DNA from: Podarcis filfolensis
Taxonomy: Eukaryota
Assembly (NCBI GenBank): GCA_964270895.1
Contig: OZ185436.1
DNA length: 64,000 nucleotides
Direction: 5' to 3' (one strand)
Position 1 is the first letter of the stretch; every line of letters begins with the position of its first letter. Below, piece after piece: positions 50,801 to 61,997 of this stretch. The notes under the pieces are model-generated. The model did no database searches, was not told the origin of the DNA, and saw only the letters and a program-made list of their open reading frames with translations. The position numbers and the translations under genes were made by a program.

Positions 50801-53800
50801 GTCATGCATGCCAGAAACAAAGGCAGCACTCCTGCATCACAACATGCACACTCTCATAGTTTAATGCAGCTGAATAAGTGTTTAATCTTGGGGGGGGGTG
50901 CGTGCGCGCGCACACACACACACAGAGGTTTCTGATACCACAGACTTAAATATTGGAGAATTCAGCTTTTACCCATGGCATGGTGAAATTTGATCTTAGT
51001 TTCCTATAAATTAAGGTTTTTAAAGCTAAACTTATTTCTTGTTAAGTTTTGTAAATTTAAGGTTGCGTCAACTTCATCTGCTTTAATTTTCATTGTATTT
51101 AAAGGATGCCCCTGCATTACTTGTTCCAGCTTCATCCTTCATAGTATGTGTTTTTATACCAGACAACATTATTTCCTCGCCTTGCATTCTGCCTTAATGA
51201 GAGATGCCTTCTCTGAAGTTTTGGGCAAGTTTTCTTCTGATCAGACATCCAATCTGCTTTTGAGTTAGCGACTTGTTAAATGTGCTACACAGCCAGGCAT
51301 TTTATCATTCCCATTCTTAATTATACCAGGTGGTATGAAATATAGGTGTTCTCTTTCAAAGCCCTGACTGCCCAGCAGCACAACTGCTCTTCTCCATGCC
51401 AGAAGGGGAGCAGTGTACCATCATCATCCACTGCCTGTTTGAAGGAAAAGATGCTCCTCCACAACAACATCCCTTTCTTCTTAATCCTCACAATCTCCCA
51501 TGTCTTAGTAGGACATGTTTAATTTTTCAAGTTTCAGGTGGAGATGCTAAAAAGTTGTAACATGACTTGGGAATTCAAAACATATTTTGGTTAAATTAAT
51601 ATAATTTAGTTCTGCTTGGTAAGTAAATGCATGTAAAATTGCGTAGAGATCGTTAAATTGATTGCCAAGTAATAGTATTAATATCAATAATACTATTATA
51701 TAATATTTTTTATTATTAAGCATTACCTAATATTTGAATAAGGTAAAATTAAAATTATTTGGTTTTCCAAAAGCAGTTTATGTGCTTCTTCATCCAATGT
51801 AGACTTAACAAGCTAAATGTTGCCCGATCACAAAAATAGTAGATTTGAATTCCTCATACACAAAACCATATTTTTAAGGAACACCCCCCCCTGAAATTTG
51901 CAGAAATTAAGTTTCACCCCCTAAAATGACACACCCTAATGTCCTAATCTTGCTTATGAGAGTCTGCAAGCATATGGATTGAAATAGGGGGTGAATTTTC
52001 AGAGGGGGCATTGACTTTTTAGAGGGGGTTGCGAACTAAGGGGAAAGACCCTTCATCCCAGGTAAATGTGGGTTCAGCTGTGTGGCATTTTAGTTTGTTT
52101 GTTTTTTAATTTCACATTCATGGCCACTTCATTATATTTAGCTATAGTCACATGCTTATTTTCTTGTGATTTTGCATAGCTTCTGCTAATCTTTTCAGAA
52201 GCCTTTTGTGACTCTGATATGTAGTTCCATACCTTTGACTGATGTACTCATTCATTCAGAAGATCAACAACATGTTGACCTGGAGTTGCTGTGTTTGAAA
52301 AGTTGCCAAATATTAATTCCTATTCTGTTCATTCTAGGAAACATAGCACCAAAGTAAGGTTGTAAGTCACATTTTTCAAAATAGAGAACGACAGCAAATT
52401 GATTTTGGGGCGGAGCATTCAGGGGTGGTGTTTATGCCCCCAAAAGATTTAGAATGCTGTGCTAAACTCTTCAGATTCTAATTGCAAGAAAATAACTTCC
52501 ATGCACTTTGATACTTGCCCATGTGTTTTCAAATTCAGTACTTTCCTGCAGCTTAGTGAGCTAGAAAGCCAACCCTACAGACTCACTAGTAATAGAGTTC
52601 CACTTTGAGAAAGCCCCATTAGAATTCAGCACTGGCAGTCCCATTAGATTTGTTCCACTTTTCCATTTTCTCCTCCATTTCAGACCAAACTCTCTGGAGC
52701 AGCAGTGGAGAAGCAATGATGTGTGACTGGCGGGGTCCAAAGGGAGTTGCAGTCCAGCAACATCTGGAGAGTCACCATTTCCCCATCCTTCCTCTAGAGG
52801 AGCTTCTTCAAGCAAAGTATGAGAGCTCCGGGGTCCTTCTGACACATCCCTCACTTTTATGCCACCTCTTCTAAGGCCTGGTTTGGTGCATCTAAGCTAG
52901 CACTTCCTTCAGGCTCTCCCAGCACAAGCTTCTCTAGCAGATGCTAAATCTCCATTATCCTAAGCTCACAGCAACAGCACAAACCTATGCATGTGTGTTC
53001 AGAAGTTAAGTACTGCAAAGTTCAGTAAGTCTTACTCCCCAGCAAATGGGTATGGAGTACCTCAGTGGAGCAATTTCTCAAAAGGCCTCTTCTCCTCCTA
53101 AATGCCCTAAGAGCAAACTGTCCCAAGATGCAATGCATTCAGATTATGTTCCCAAGATCAGTTCCACCCTGTTGTGACACCAGACCTACGGTACATACAA
53201 GTATCTGTGTCTTCTGCTTCTGGCATTGCTTGAACCTCTTTCCTAATCCTAGTTGCAGATTCAGGTTCTGAACCCCGAAAGTTTTTTTGTTCCTTTGATT
53301 TCTCCCATGAAGCCCTGGACTGGAATCCGAAATATCTTCAACCTAATCCGGGAATTTTAAAAACCACACACAGACCCGCCTCTTCATAACAAGCACTTTT
53401 CTCCCCACTGCCCCCTTGCATACGCAAGGGCATCCCTCCCCACAAACCTTGAAAACAAGGTTTGATTCATCCCACTCCCCAAATCATGGCTACATAAATA
53501 CAACTTAGCTAACAAGATATGACAGCATCTTCAAGAACCAGTGTCCTTGTCAATGACACTTTGTCATTCCACTGATGCATGGCAAGATCCACAAGGCAGC
53601 CCACAACAGCAGGCAACAATGGAGAACAAGCAAGAGGAACATGTGGCCAATTCCACAGAGCAGTGTTGTGGCTGCCCCTTTAAACTCAGCACATGGCAAG
53701 CCATTTGTATCCTGCAGCTCATCACAGAAAACACAGTATTTTTACCAGCACACCAAAGGAAAAGATAAGGCTCAGTGGTAGAACAACTGCATTGCATATA

Positions 53801-56800
53801 AAAGGACCCAGGTTCAAAGCTTGGCATCTTCTGGCAGGCTGGGAAAAGACTCCTATCTGAAATCCTGGAGAGCCACCACCAGTCAGTGTGATGCAGTCCA
53901 GTGGTTCCCAAACTTCTCTCTATCAGTGCCAGATTAAACCCTGTGGAGGCCCCTAGGAAGTCGAAATATTGGGGGCTCCCTCTCAAATTATCTCCCGAGA
54001 TGTTTTTGTAATCATCTTTCAAGATCAAATCAGTATTATTTTGATCTGTTGTCGCAGGGCCCATAGGCTGGGGCTTACTCTGCCTGTTTGGTAATCTGGC
54101 ACTACTCTCCACCCTCAACAACCAAATGGAAATTGCCATGGGTCTCAGTGAACCACAATGATTTTTCTGCCTGTTGCAACAATTGTGATGCACTGTGCTA
54201 GATGCTGTATGATTTTTAACTGCATTTCTATTGCTTCTTTTATTTCTTATATTGCATTTTATTGTATCACAACTTGAATGCCATAATCAACATATTTAAT
54301 GTGGGTGTGCCGCAGTTAAACCTGTAGCAAGTGAAATGTACAGCTCTACATTATTTCCCCTGTTTACCCCCTGCCTCCCCTTCTCTTGTATCCTCGCTCT
54401 CTCTTTTTTTTTAATTGTAGGATCCTTGGATCCTTAAGACAAAGGCCTTGTCTTCTTGTACTCTGTAAACCACCACACACACTGATAGGTTTATAAGGGA
54501 AACAAACATGCAACAGAAATTCCATGCTCTCCCCTCATCCACACAAAGTCAAGTGAGGGTAGGGAACTCTCCTGCCCTAAGGCAGTGAAACTATAGAACA
54601 GGACTCATGAATGCCAAGTGTCCAATCCCAGGCGACCTCGTGTGTACTAAAGGCAGTGGCTGGGGTTACGAGAAATTCCAGATACCATCAGTTTCCTGCA
54701 TGTGTGCGCAAGAAATTTAACCCTTAGGATTACTCTCCCTGTTACATCATCAGGTGCCTGCAGGGTAATGGAAGCTTGACTTGACACCCTAAGTCTCTCT
54801 CCCTGCTCTTCCTCTGGTCCCTCATAAGAAATTATTGCCTTGACACCATAAGACTCAGTGGAGTCAAGGCAGTTAAACTCACATCACAGACTGGGAGCAA
54901 GGATAAGATGGCACCCCACAAGTTATCCTGTAAATTTCCAGCAGCTTTCCCCACTCAGATGTTGGCTGGGGCTGATGGGAGTTCTAGTCCAAATGATCTG
55001 GATGGCACCAGGTTGGGAAAGCTAATTTAAGGCCACAAGAGCCAGTTATCCTCTGGCATTCGCCACAAGAAGCAAGGCAAGGCAGTCTATTAAGGACTTC
55101 CCCCCAAACTCAGTATCTATCCCTTACAACAGCAGAGCTTGTAATGGTGGGAGAACTGCACACCACAAGGCACCACTCAACTGGTATGTTTGCTCCAGAA
55201 GTTCTCCTCAAGGCAGGTTCCTTCAATGAGTGCTCCATTTCTGGGTACCGTTACTGGGAAGCTGAAGAGAGGTTCACTTCCTAGCAAGGCTTAAGCAGAC
55301 ATTAAGATGAAGGCTGCAAATAACACACATCTTGTGGGAACAGATCCATGCAGTGGGATGTTCTGCAGCCTGCCATTTTAAGTTGCACAGTAAATTTGCT
55401 CGCAAGGAAGCAGCAACCCTGAGTACAGAAGGCAAGGGTGTTTTACTAACAATTCCTGTGTGGCTCCTTGCAGATAATGGGCTTGGCACCAAAAAGCAAC
55501 ACAGCATGTTCTGAGGAGGAGGGATAACTTGTTCCAAAACTGAAACAGGGTGTTGCACACACACCCTTATGCACACACAAAAACCCATAGTAGGCAGCAC
55601 AGGGAATCCATGTGCCACATTTGCCTCCTGGCTTCAAGGGTTTTGGCAACTGGTTCATGGTAAGCGGCTGTGAGATTCCACCCACAGAAATCCTATCATG
55701 GCAGAAAGGGATTTATATCCTTCTCCCTGTAATCACAGATGCTACTCAGCACCAGCTTCATGACATGATGCCCACACTTGCCCAACATTACACTTGGGCT
55801 CCTTGCTAACAAAGATAAAGGATTATGTTCAACTAAGTCAACTACTCAGAGTAAAACCTTTAAAATTAACAAACCTATGTTAGTCAGGCCCATTAACGGT
55901 AATGGGTCTACTCTGAGTAGGGCTAGCATTGAATACCACTCATGCAACATCTGGGCAAGCATTTTAGCTTGCCAGGTGGAATGATTCCCCCTTCTCCTCC
56001 CCCTGTGTGCTGTTCCAGGGGTTTTCTTGCTTCCCTGAGCCAATTTCGGGGGGTGGGGGGGGAAGGAAGGAAAGCCCCATTGCTCAAGCAGAAGTTATTG
56101 TGCAGGGCTTCTACTGATGGGGCTCATTAAATGAATCCCACTCAAAGGCTCCACAAGCAACTAACACCATATTCTCAGGTAAGAAGACTACATCCTCTGT
56201 GGGAAGTCTAAAGCAGTGGCAGCACATAAAGTTATCAGATGTTTCACATTGTGGGTGGCACTAAACATCCTCACAAATCACACATGGACAAGTAACCTTG
56301 CAGGTCAACAAATATGCCAGATCTGTAGGCTTCAGGTGAGCTTCTGCAACGCCAAGGACTAAACACTGCTGGCAGCATCATGTAAAAGCTCCAACAAAGA
56401 GAACTGATGGGATTCATAATCACCAAAAAAAGGTACTTATAGAGGCCATCAGATGCAAAGAGTTCTTTAAACCAATGCCCAAGGTAAACTCACATGGGTC
56501 TTGAAAGCAAAAAGTCAGCATTTAATAAGGGCTAGGGGCTCAGAAAGTGCAAGTTAGGATCTTCGCTGCAGATTGTGAAACAGACTCTGTGACTATAATT
56601 TGCATTGTGGTTGTTGTTTTAAGGGTGAATGAAATGTAGAAAACTAGTCATTCCTAAGTGCCTTGATTCAGTAGAACCACAAATCCCAATGGCTATTGGG
56701 CAAATCCTCAATGCTCACTCTTCACTGCAGAGGAGACAAAAGCACTGCTGATGTTAATGCAAGAGACACTGCCGCAATGTTTGGGACCGCTGCCTTTCAC

Positions 56801-59182
56801 CCATCACTGAGTGCACACTGGTCTCTTGGTTGCGTCAGTTTCAGGCAGCGTGGGAAGAGTGTGCATGGCCAGGTAAATGCACCCCAAGAGGAAACCGAAG
56901 TCCTAAAGCGCCATGCTACATGGAGAGCAGCTGTCAAGGTAAAGACTAAGCCAGAAGTGAGGGAGGCTCCACATTGCACAGAACGCAGGCAGAGACCCCT
57001 TGCCATAAGCAAGCTGGCCAGCAAAGGGGGAAATGCATGTTGCTGTTCCAAGACTGATTGATTGACTTGGCTCTATGTTGCACTTCTAGACCCCCACACC
57101 CACACCAAATAAGTGGCCCACCCTTTGATAAACCAAAAAAGCTCTATTTCATAAAAAAAAATCCATGCTCTGCTGGAAGAGCCCTTATCTGATGATGTAA
57201 AAAATCCAGACTGAATTACTCAAGAGAGAAATTTTGGGATAGGAGAGAAGCCACAAGACTAAGTTGGAAGAACACTGATAGCGTTGCAATAAAAACAAGG
57301 GAGCAAACCCAGTCCCACGCTAGGAAAGGATTTCTTCTTTGGGCTTGCTTGGGCTCAGAGTTATGTTGAGCTCCAAGCTTAGAATGAAACTATTTCCCAG
57401 TGCTCATGGTCACTCTAAGGCAAGCATGGACAAACTTGGCCCTCCAGCTGTTTTGGGACTACAACTCCCATCATCCCTAGCATACAGGACCAGTGGTCAG
57501 GGATGATGGAAACTGTAGTCCCAAAACAGCTGGAGGGCCAAGTCTGGCCATGCCTGCTCTAAGGGTTCATCAGTTGACCAGGAAAACATTATAACTGACT
57601 GGTCAATTGACCACTTCATTAGGACATAGGAAGATGCCTTCTATCAAGCAGGACCATTGGTCTACCTAGCTTAGAAGTATTTACAGTGACTGGGTTTCTC
57701 CAGGGTTTCAAACAAGAGTCTCTCCAGGTCTCACCTAGAGATTCCCTGGCTGTACTTGTTTATTTTTAAAGCTTTGGTGGATTTCATTCTCAAAGTTAAA
57801 GGTCTTTTAAAAACACACTTGACGATTATTTGACAATACGGGGAACTCCCCATTTGTGCGTGGGTTGTGTTCCAGGTTATTGTGCGCATCAGCAGTTGTG
57901 CGTAAGCTCATTCCGCCCTCTTCTGGGGCCAAAAGCAGTGCACGTGTCAGCTGTTGTGCATCAATCAGACACACACAAAATGGTGGCCNNNNNNNNNNNN
58001 NNNNNNNNNNNNNNNNNNNNNNNNNNNNNNNNNNNNNNNNNNNNNNNNNNNNNNNNNNNNNNNNNNNNNNNNNNNNNNNNNNNNNNNNNNNNNNNNNNNN
58101 NNNNNNNNNNNNNNNNNNNNNCCCTCTCTCCAAACACGTTTCCCACTCATCTGGATCCACATGTGGCTCAGGGACAGCCATGTTAACCACTCTTGCTCTC
58201 AAGGTGGTGCCCAGAGAAAGTAGAGAAGCCCTGCCCTAAGTGCGGGGGAAGCAGCCTGTTGCGTCATTAAATCCACGTGCTCTTCTCCCAGCACCCTCCC
58301 TGGTGCCCAAGGGCTGAAGCGGAACTGAAAAGGGCAGGAGAGGTATTTTGGGAGAGTCGCATGCTGGAGCATGCCGCTCAGGGCGCTGCCAACAGAAACT
58401 CCTGCTTTTCAAGTACAGCGAGACTGGGCCTCTCCCGGCTGAGAGCAGGAATAGGGCACTTCACCAAAAAAAACCCACCCCTCAAATCTCTAGGCCACAG
58501 CAGTGGCCCTATAGGAGTAAGCCTACCTGGCATTGCTTACTATAACTGCTTGTCCCATATTCCAGTGCAATCCCCCCCCCCCCGCCCCCCAGGGCAGCAT
58601 ATCTTCATAGGATGTGCTCCTAGTGAGCCAGGAGCTCAAAGCACTCTTCAACTCTCACTAGTATTATCAGAACCAGGGCTTTTTTTCAGCTGAACTCTCC
58701 AGAACTCAGTTCCAGCACCTCTCAGATGGGGGCCATTGCCATTCCAAGAGAACAAGGGAGGTGTTCCTGGTGAGTTCCAGCACCCCTTTTTCTAGAAAAA
58801 CAGCACTGAGCAGAACACTAGTCAGTTATCACTGCAACATGGAAGGCCATGTTCTGAAGAACTCACCCCATGTTTATGTATTTATTAAATTTATATTCCA
58901 GACTCACTTCCAGAGCAGCACACAGTGAGAGATAAAACAACGAAAACTTATTTAGAAACAATTCCAATACAGATGCAGGTTGGGAAAGATCTCAAATTTA
59001 AAAGGTTTAATGAAAGAGGAAGGTGCGTACTTCTGTACAACATCCAACTTGACCATGGCTCCCCACAAATGAAGCCTTTAGCGGTCGCCACCACTAAACA
59101 CAACTCACCCAACCACCCAAAGAGGGGGCCCGGGAGTTCCCCACCCTGCACCGCTCTCACCGTTCTCCATCCTGAGCACCAT
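26712..59182 (-). CDS. CYTH1: Cytohesin-1 (coiled coil - Sec7 ARF-GEF - PH domain), 397/398 aa
   Basis: Exons (minus strand): 59161-59182, 44594-44676, 42784-42848, 41397-41463, 40588-40706, 39542-39622, 39160-39272, 38351-38499, 37877-37988, [34949-34951], 30171-30247, 28765-28836, 27632-27786, 26712-26790; 1197 nt with the microexon. CYTH1-diagnostic residues as I recall the human paralogs: [69 protein letters not shown]. Confidence 0.95.
26813..26860. repeat. G-run + (GA)n microsatellite
   Basis: Forms a (TC)n/(C)n pyrimidine tract on the CYTH1 strand just upstream of the last exon. Confidence 0.9.
27530..27575. repeat. (GAAT/GAAC)n tetranucleotide microsatellite
   Basis: aatgaatgaatgaacgaatgaacgaatgaacgaatgaacgaatga. 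Confidence 0.9.
27632..27786 (-). CDS. CYTH1: CYTH1 exon ([24 protein letters not shown]...EEWMKCIK)
   Basis: 155 nt, cag/gtgag. Confidence 0.95.
28765..28836 (-). CDS. CYTH1: CYTH1 exon ([24 protein letters not shown])
   Basis: 72 nt, cag/gtgagt. Confidence 0.95.
29040..29815 (+). mobile_element. L2-clade LINE 3' fragment
   Basis: [41 protein letters not shown] is typical of the L2 ORF2 post-RT region; decayed 3'UTR ending tgtaagccacctt. Confidence 0.8.
29848..29983. mobile_element. 136-bp hAT MITE
   Basis: TIR CAGGCTTCCTCAACCT / AGGTTGAGGAAGCCTG; 8-bp TSD CTCTACAC (29840-47, 29984-91). Confidence 0.9.
30171..30247 (-). CDS. CYTH1: CYTH1 exon ([25 protein letters not shown])
   Basis: 77 nt, cag/gtgagt. 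Confidence 0.95.
33254..33385 (+). mobile_element. tRNA-derived SINE with CR1-like tail
   Basis: gactcttaatctcagagttgtgggtttgagcc head; cccttccaactctac...gattctat tail. Confidence 0.7.
34949..34951 (-). CDS. CYTH1: CYTH1 3-nt microexon (GAG; adds the third Gly of the PH-domain beta1/beta2 loop)
   Basis: Minus strand ...ctccag|GAG|gtacgt; about 83-nt AG-free pyrimidine tract upstream with UGC motifs; G|GA G|GT GGC gives LGGGR. Confidence 0.8.
37877..37988 (-). CDS. CYTH1: CYTH1 exon 9 ([18 protein letters not shown]...GWLLKLG)
   Basis: 112 nt, cag/gtgagt. Confidence 0.95.
38351..38499 (-). CDS. CYTH1: CYTH1 exon 8 ([19 protein letters not shown]...EELLR)
   Basis: 149 nt, cag/gtgag. Confidence 0.95.
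38680..38905 (-). mobile_element. CR1-type LINE 3' fragment
   Basis: gagccctgctggatcagaccaaaggcccatctagtccagcatcctg resembles a reptile LINE 3' end; family name from memory. Confidence 0.5.
39160..39272 (-). CDS. CYTH1: CYTH1 exon 7 ([22 protein letters not shown]...FQST; catalytic Glu finger)
   Basis: 113 nt, cag/gtacg. Confidence 0.95.
39542..39622 (-). CDS. CYTH1: CYTH1 exon 6 ([27 protein letters not shown])
   Basis: 81 nt, cag/gtgagt. Confidence 0.95.
40588..40706 (-). CDS. CYTH1: CYTH1 exon 5 ([12 protein letters not shown]...GDYLGER)
   Basis: 119 nt, cag/gtaat. Confidence 0.95.
41397..41463 (-). CDS. CYTH1: CYTH1 exon 4 ([22 protein letters not shown])
   Basis: 67 nt, tag/gtaat. 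Confidence 0.95.
42784..42848 (-). CDS. CYTH1: CYTH1 exon 3 ([22 protein letters not shown])
   Basis: 65 nt, cag/gtgagt. Confidence 0.95.
44594..44676 (-). CDS. CYTH1: CYTH1 exon 2 ([28 protein letters not shown])
   Basis: 83 nt, cag/gta sites; absent from ORF track. Confidence 0.95.
47652..47785 (-). mobile_element. tRNA-derived SINE with CR1-like tail (same family as 33254-33385)
   Basis: Minus strand tcagtcagtagagcatgaaactcttaatctcagggttgtgggtttgagcccc...ttccaactccacaattctatg. Confidence 0.75.
57421..57556. mobile_element. 136-bp hAT MITE (related to 29848-29983)
   Basis: Shared core ctacaactcccatcatccctag...ggatgatgg; 8-bp TSD CTCTAAGG (57413-20, 57557-64). Confidence 0.88.
57989..58121. 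other. Assembly gap (133 N)
   Basis: Run of N. Confidence 1.
58674..58808. mobile_element. 135-bp hAT MITE
   Basis: Termini CAGGGCTTTTTT / AAAAACAGCACTG; flanks ATCAGAAC / AGCAGAAC (7/8 TSD match). Confidence 0.7.
59161..59182 (-). CDS. CYTH1: CYTH1 first coding exon (probably alternative/internal): MVLRMEN
   Basis: gcagcATGG Kozak; ATG GTG CTC AGG ATG GAG AAC G|GTGAGA; 22 nt, phase 1, joins exon 2 as V-PSDLT. Confidence 0.75.
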
Positions 59183-59290
59183 GCTGCCAGCAGCAGAGAG
59201 ATGTTGCAGACCACTGTCTCTGTCCGTTCCACAGTTACGTGCTGTTCGGCTGGGTAGACACCTGAGTCTGACTTGCTGTCTGGCTGCGGC

Positions 59291-59387
59291 TTCCTGGAAT
59301 GAGTCAAGTCTTGTCCCAGCCAATGGGAGGCCCTTGCCTTGGAGGATAGGCGTCATCACAGTCCTGGCCTGGCGGTAACTGAGATAA
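59291..59387 (-). promoter_or_regulatory. Putative internal CYTH1 promoter (ETS/AP-1, CCAAT, CRE half-site, GATA)
   Basis: + strand TTCCTG 59291-96, TGAGTCA 59300-06, CCAAT 59320-24, CGTCA 59351-55, AGATAA 59382-87; 110-205 nt upstream of the MVLRMEN ATG. Confidence 0.5.
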
Positions 59388-59968
59388 CCAGCAACGCCCT
59401 GTTGCTGTGCTGATCCCACAGCCTCCGGAGGGCCGTTAACCCCCTCCTGCTCTGGAGGCAAGGAGGAAACTACAGCTTGACGGATGTAAACACTAGCTGG
59501 CATGATCTGTGTGGGGTGGGATAGCAGAAAGAACCCCTCCCAAGCCTGCAGCAAAGGGTGGGGAATCACAAACTATTACGCACATTTGAGTGCAGAGCCA
59601 GTGTGGTCCACTGTGGCAATATTAGGGGTGAGAAAAGACTGGCTGAAATTTCTGTGCAGCCCCCCTTGAAGCTTGCTGGCAGAGGAGAGAAGAACCACAA
59701 AGTGTGCCACCTTGAAAAAGTGTGTTATTAATGCAGTGAAGAAAAGCATGTTATAAATGCTTTTAGTCTACCAGGAGAACTGTTATTAGACCATCCACAG
59801 GCCCAGTCGTTCCTGAAAACAGCTTTTGAATCCTCAGGTCATGTTACAATTTTTTAGCACCCCTCACTTTTGGAATTTGAAACTTTAAAAATTCAACATG
59901 CCCCAGCATGGTAACTATTCTTCATTTGTGGCATGTGGTGTTTTGTTTTGAATGACATTTATTCGAAA

Positions 59969-60255
59969 CAGGGGCTCCCAAACTGAAGTCCGTGAGCTTC
60001 GTTCAGGTAGTCTGCACTGTGTCTGGATTTGTGGCTGAGGGTGGGAGGAAGCAAATCCATCACATAAAATATTCTGACAGATTTTAAATTGTATTTTTAC
60101 TGCTTCTTTTATTTTTACGTTGCGTTCTATTGTATTACAATTTGAATTCTTCAAAATGCACGTTACAATTGCTACAACAGATAGAAAAATCTTGAAGTGG
60201 TCCACCCAAGACCCTCAACCAATTTCAAGTGGTCCATGGAAATCAGGAACCACTG
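59969..60255 (+). mobile_element. Charlie/MER5-like hAT non-autonomous element
   Basis: Termini caggggctcccaaact / ggaaccactg and an AT-rich core (tgcttcttttattt...ttgtattacaatttgaat); an inverted copy lies at 61661-61997, partial copies at about 53899-54290 and 39800-39950. Confidence 0.6.
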
Positions 60256-61660
60256 CCTTGCAGAATGGCTAATAACTTGCCATTCAAAGTCAAGTTAAAG
60301 TAAAGGGCAGCTAATTCCATCCAGTTTAGGCCTCACTGGCATTCATAGGTCTGTTAGACACATTTGCACAGATTTTTATGAGCACTTTATGTGTAAAATT
60401 CACACTGTTGTGTAAAATACACACTTTTTCAACGCTTTTCAGTTCACTCACCGCCCCGCCCCCCATGAAGCATGTATTTGCATGCAAACTTTTTCAGCCC
60501 CGAAAATGCACTGTAAGATGTGGGGAAGTGTGTAACAGAACAGCACAGATAAGAGCTGGCCATGTGCTGCCCTCTACTGATAATAAAAAGGCATTGGCCC
60601 AAGCGGAGGTCACATTTGTCTTTTAACCCATCAAGCCAGTAGAGGACTGCAGAGAGAACTCCTTCCTGAATACAAACTCATGAACCATTACAAATAATCT
60701 CTCTGCTACCACCTCTACCCCAGATTGCAAAAAGCAATTACACACATTTATGGTCCAGTAACTATATGACTGCAGCTTACTCCTTACTCCAGCTTACTCT
60801 AGGGCTTCTGCAAGCTGTGTCTGAGCACATATGTGAATCACTGTAAAATCACCCTGCAATTTTTGCTGGGCAAGTCCCAGATTTTACATTTTAAAAGAAA
60901 GCATCATACCCAGACAGCTGCCCAAAGGCAGACAGGAGGGCACCTAGACTAAGAGAATAGGTGGGAAAGCCCTGGCTCAATAGAGTGCCAATTAGTAAGT
61001 CAAGCAAATGCATAGATTCCCAACACACAATAACGCATTTTCTTCCTGAGGGCCTTAGAAAGGAGGGACATGGTGATGCTCCAAGTCTTCTCCATCATTG
61101 CTGATTTATTCACACATCTTCACATTCCCAATCTGCCCAAAAACTTCATCCAGTTCACTCCACAAGATAGGGCTGCCTGGAACAAAGCTTTGTAAGACAC
61201 ACACCTCCCCAAACTCAGTTGCAAACCAGAAGTGGTCAAACTGTGGCTGAGGAAATCATACACGGGTGCAGAGCCATTCAAAAAGTTGCTCCCAGGCAGT
61301 TCAAGAATCAAATCAGAAGTTAATGAATAAACCTTTTGGTTCCCTGGGAAGAAGGACTGACTGTTAAACCACTACTCTGAGGACTGTAGCTCTGTAAGGG
61401 GAATAGGGCTCTCTTAACTCCTCTCAGCACCCTCAACTAACTACAGTTCCCAGGATTCTTGGGGGAAGCCACAGCTGTATAAAGTGGTATGATTCTGCTT
61501 TAAATGTATGGTGCAGTTGGGGACCTCATCTGTATGCCTAGAGGAGGTGTGGGGGTATTTCAGTCCACGGTGGAGGGGGACAAATGCGGCTTTCTGGGCC
61601 TCTTTATCCATCCCTCAAGTTTCTCCCCAGACCACAGATGTCACTGGCCACACTCTGCAG

Positions 61661-61997
61661 CAGTGGTTCCCTATTTATATCCCACACAGGATACGGGGGT
61701 CTTGGTGGCCCACTTACTGACTTTCCTGTCTGCTGCAGCAATTGTATTTCTATTGCTTCTTTTATTTCTTACACACTGTATTTTACTGCATTTCATAGAA
61801 TTCAAATTGCAATGCAATAAAATACAATATTATAATAAAAGGAGCAATAAAAAAGCTGTTAAAAATCAATAGGAGTATTTAACGTGATGGACTTGCCAAT
61901 TGCCATCTTCAACAGCAAATCCACAGAAATGCTGCAGACCACTTGGATGAAGCTCACAGACCACCAGTGATTCAAAGGTCACAGTTTGGGACCCCTG
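61661..61997 (-). mobile_element. Charlie/MER5-like hAT non-autonomous element, opposite orientation
   Basis: Termini cagtggttcc / agtttgggacccctg; CTCT-starting flanks. Confidence 0.6.

Noticed and set aside
53564-54193. Longest ORF in the track (209 aa, minus strand)
   Set aside because: It runs across a Squam3-like SINE and a hAT fragment, has no recognisable domain, and lies in a CYTH1 intron.
57807-58239. ORFs spanning the N-run
   Set aside because: Artefacts of translating through the assembly gap.
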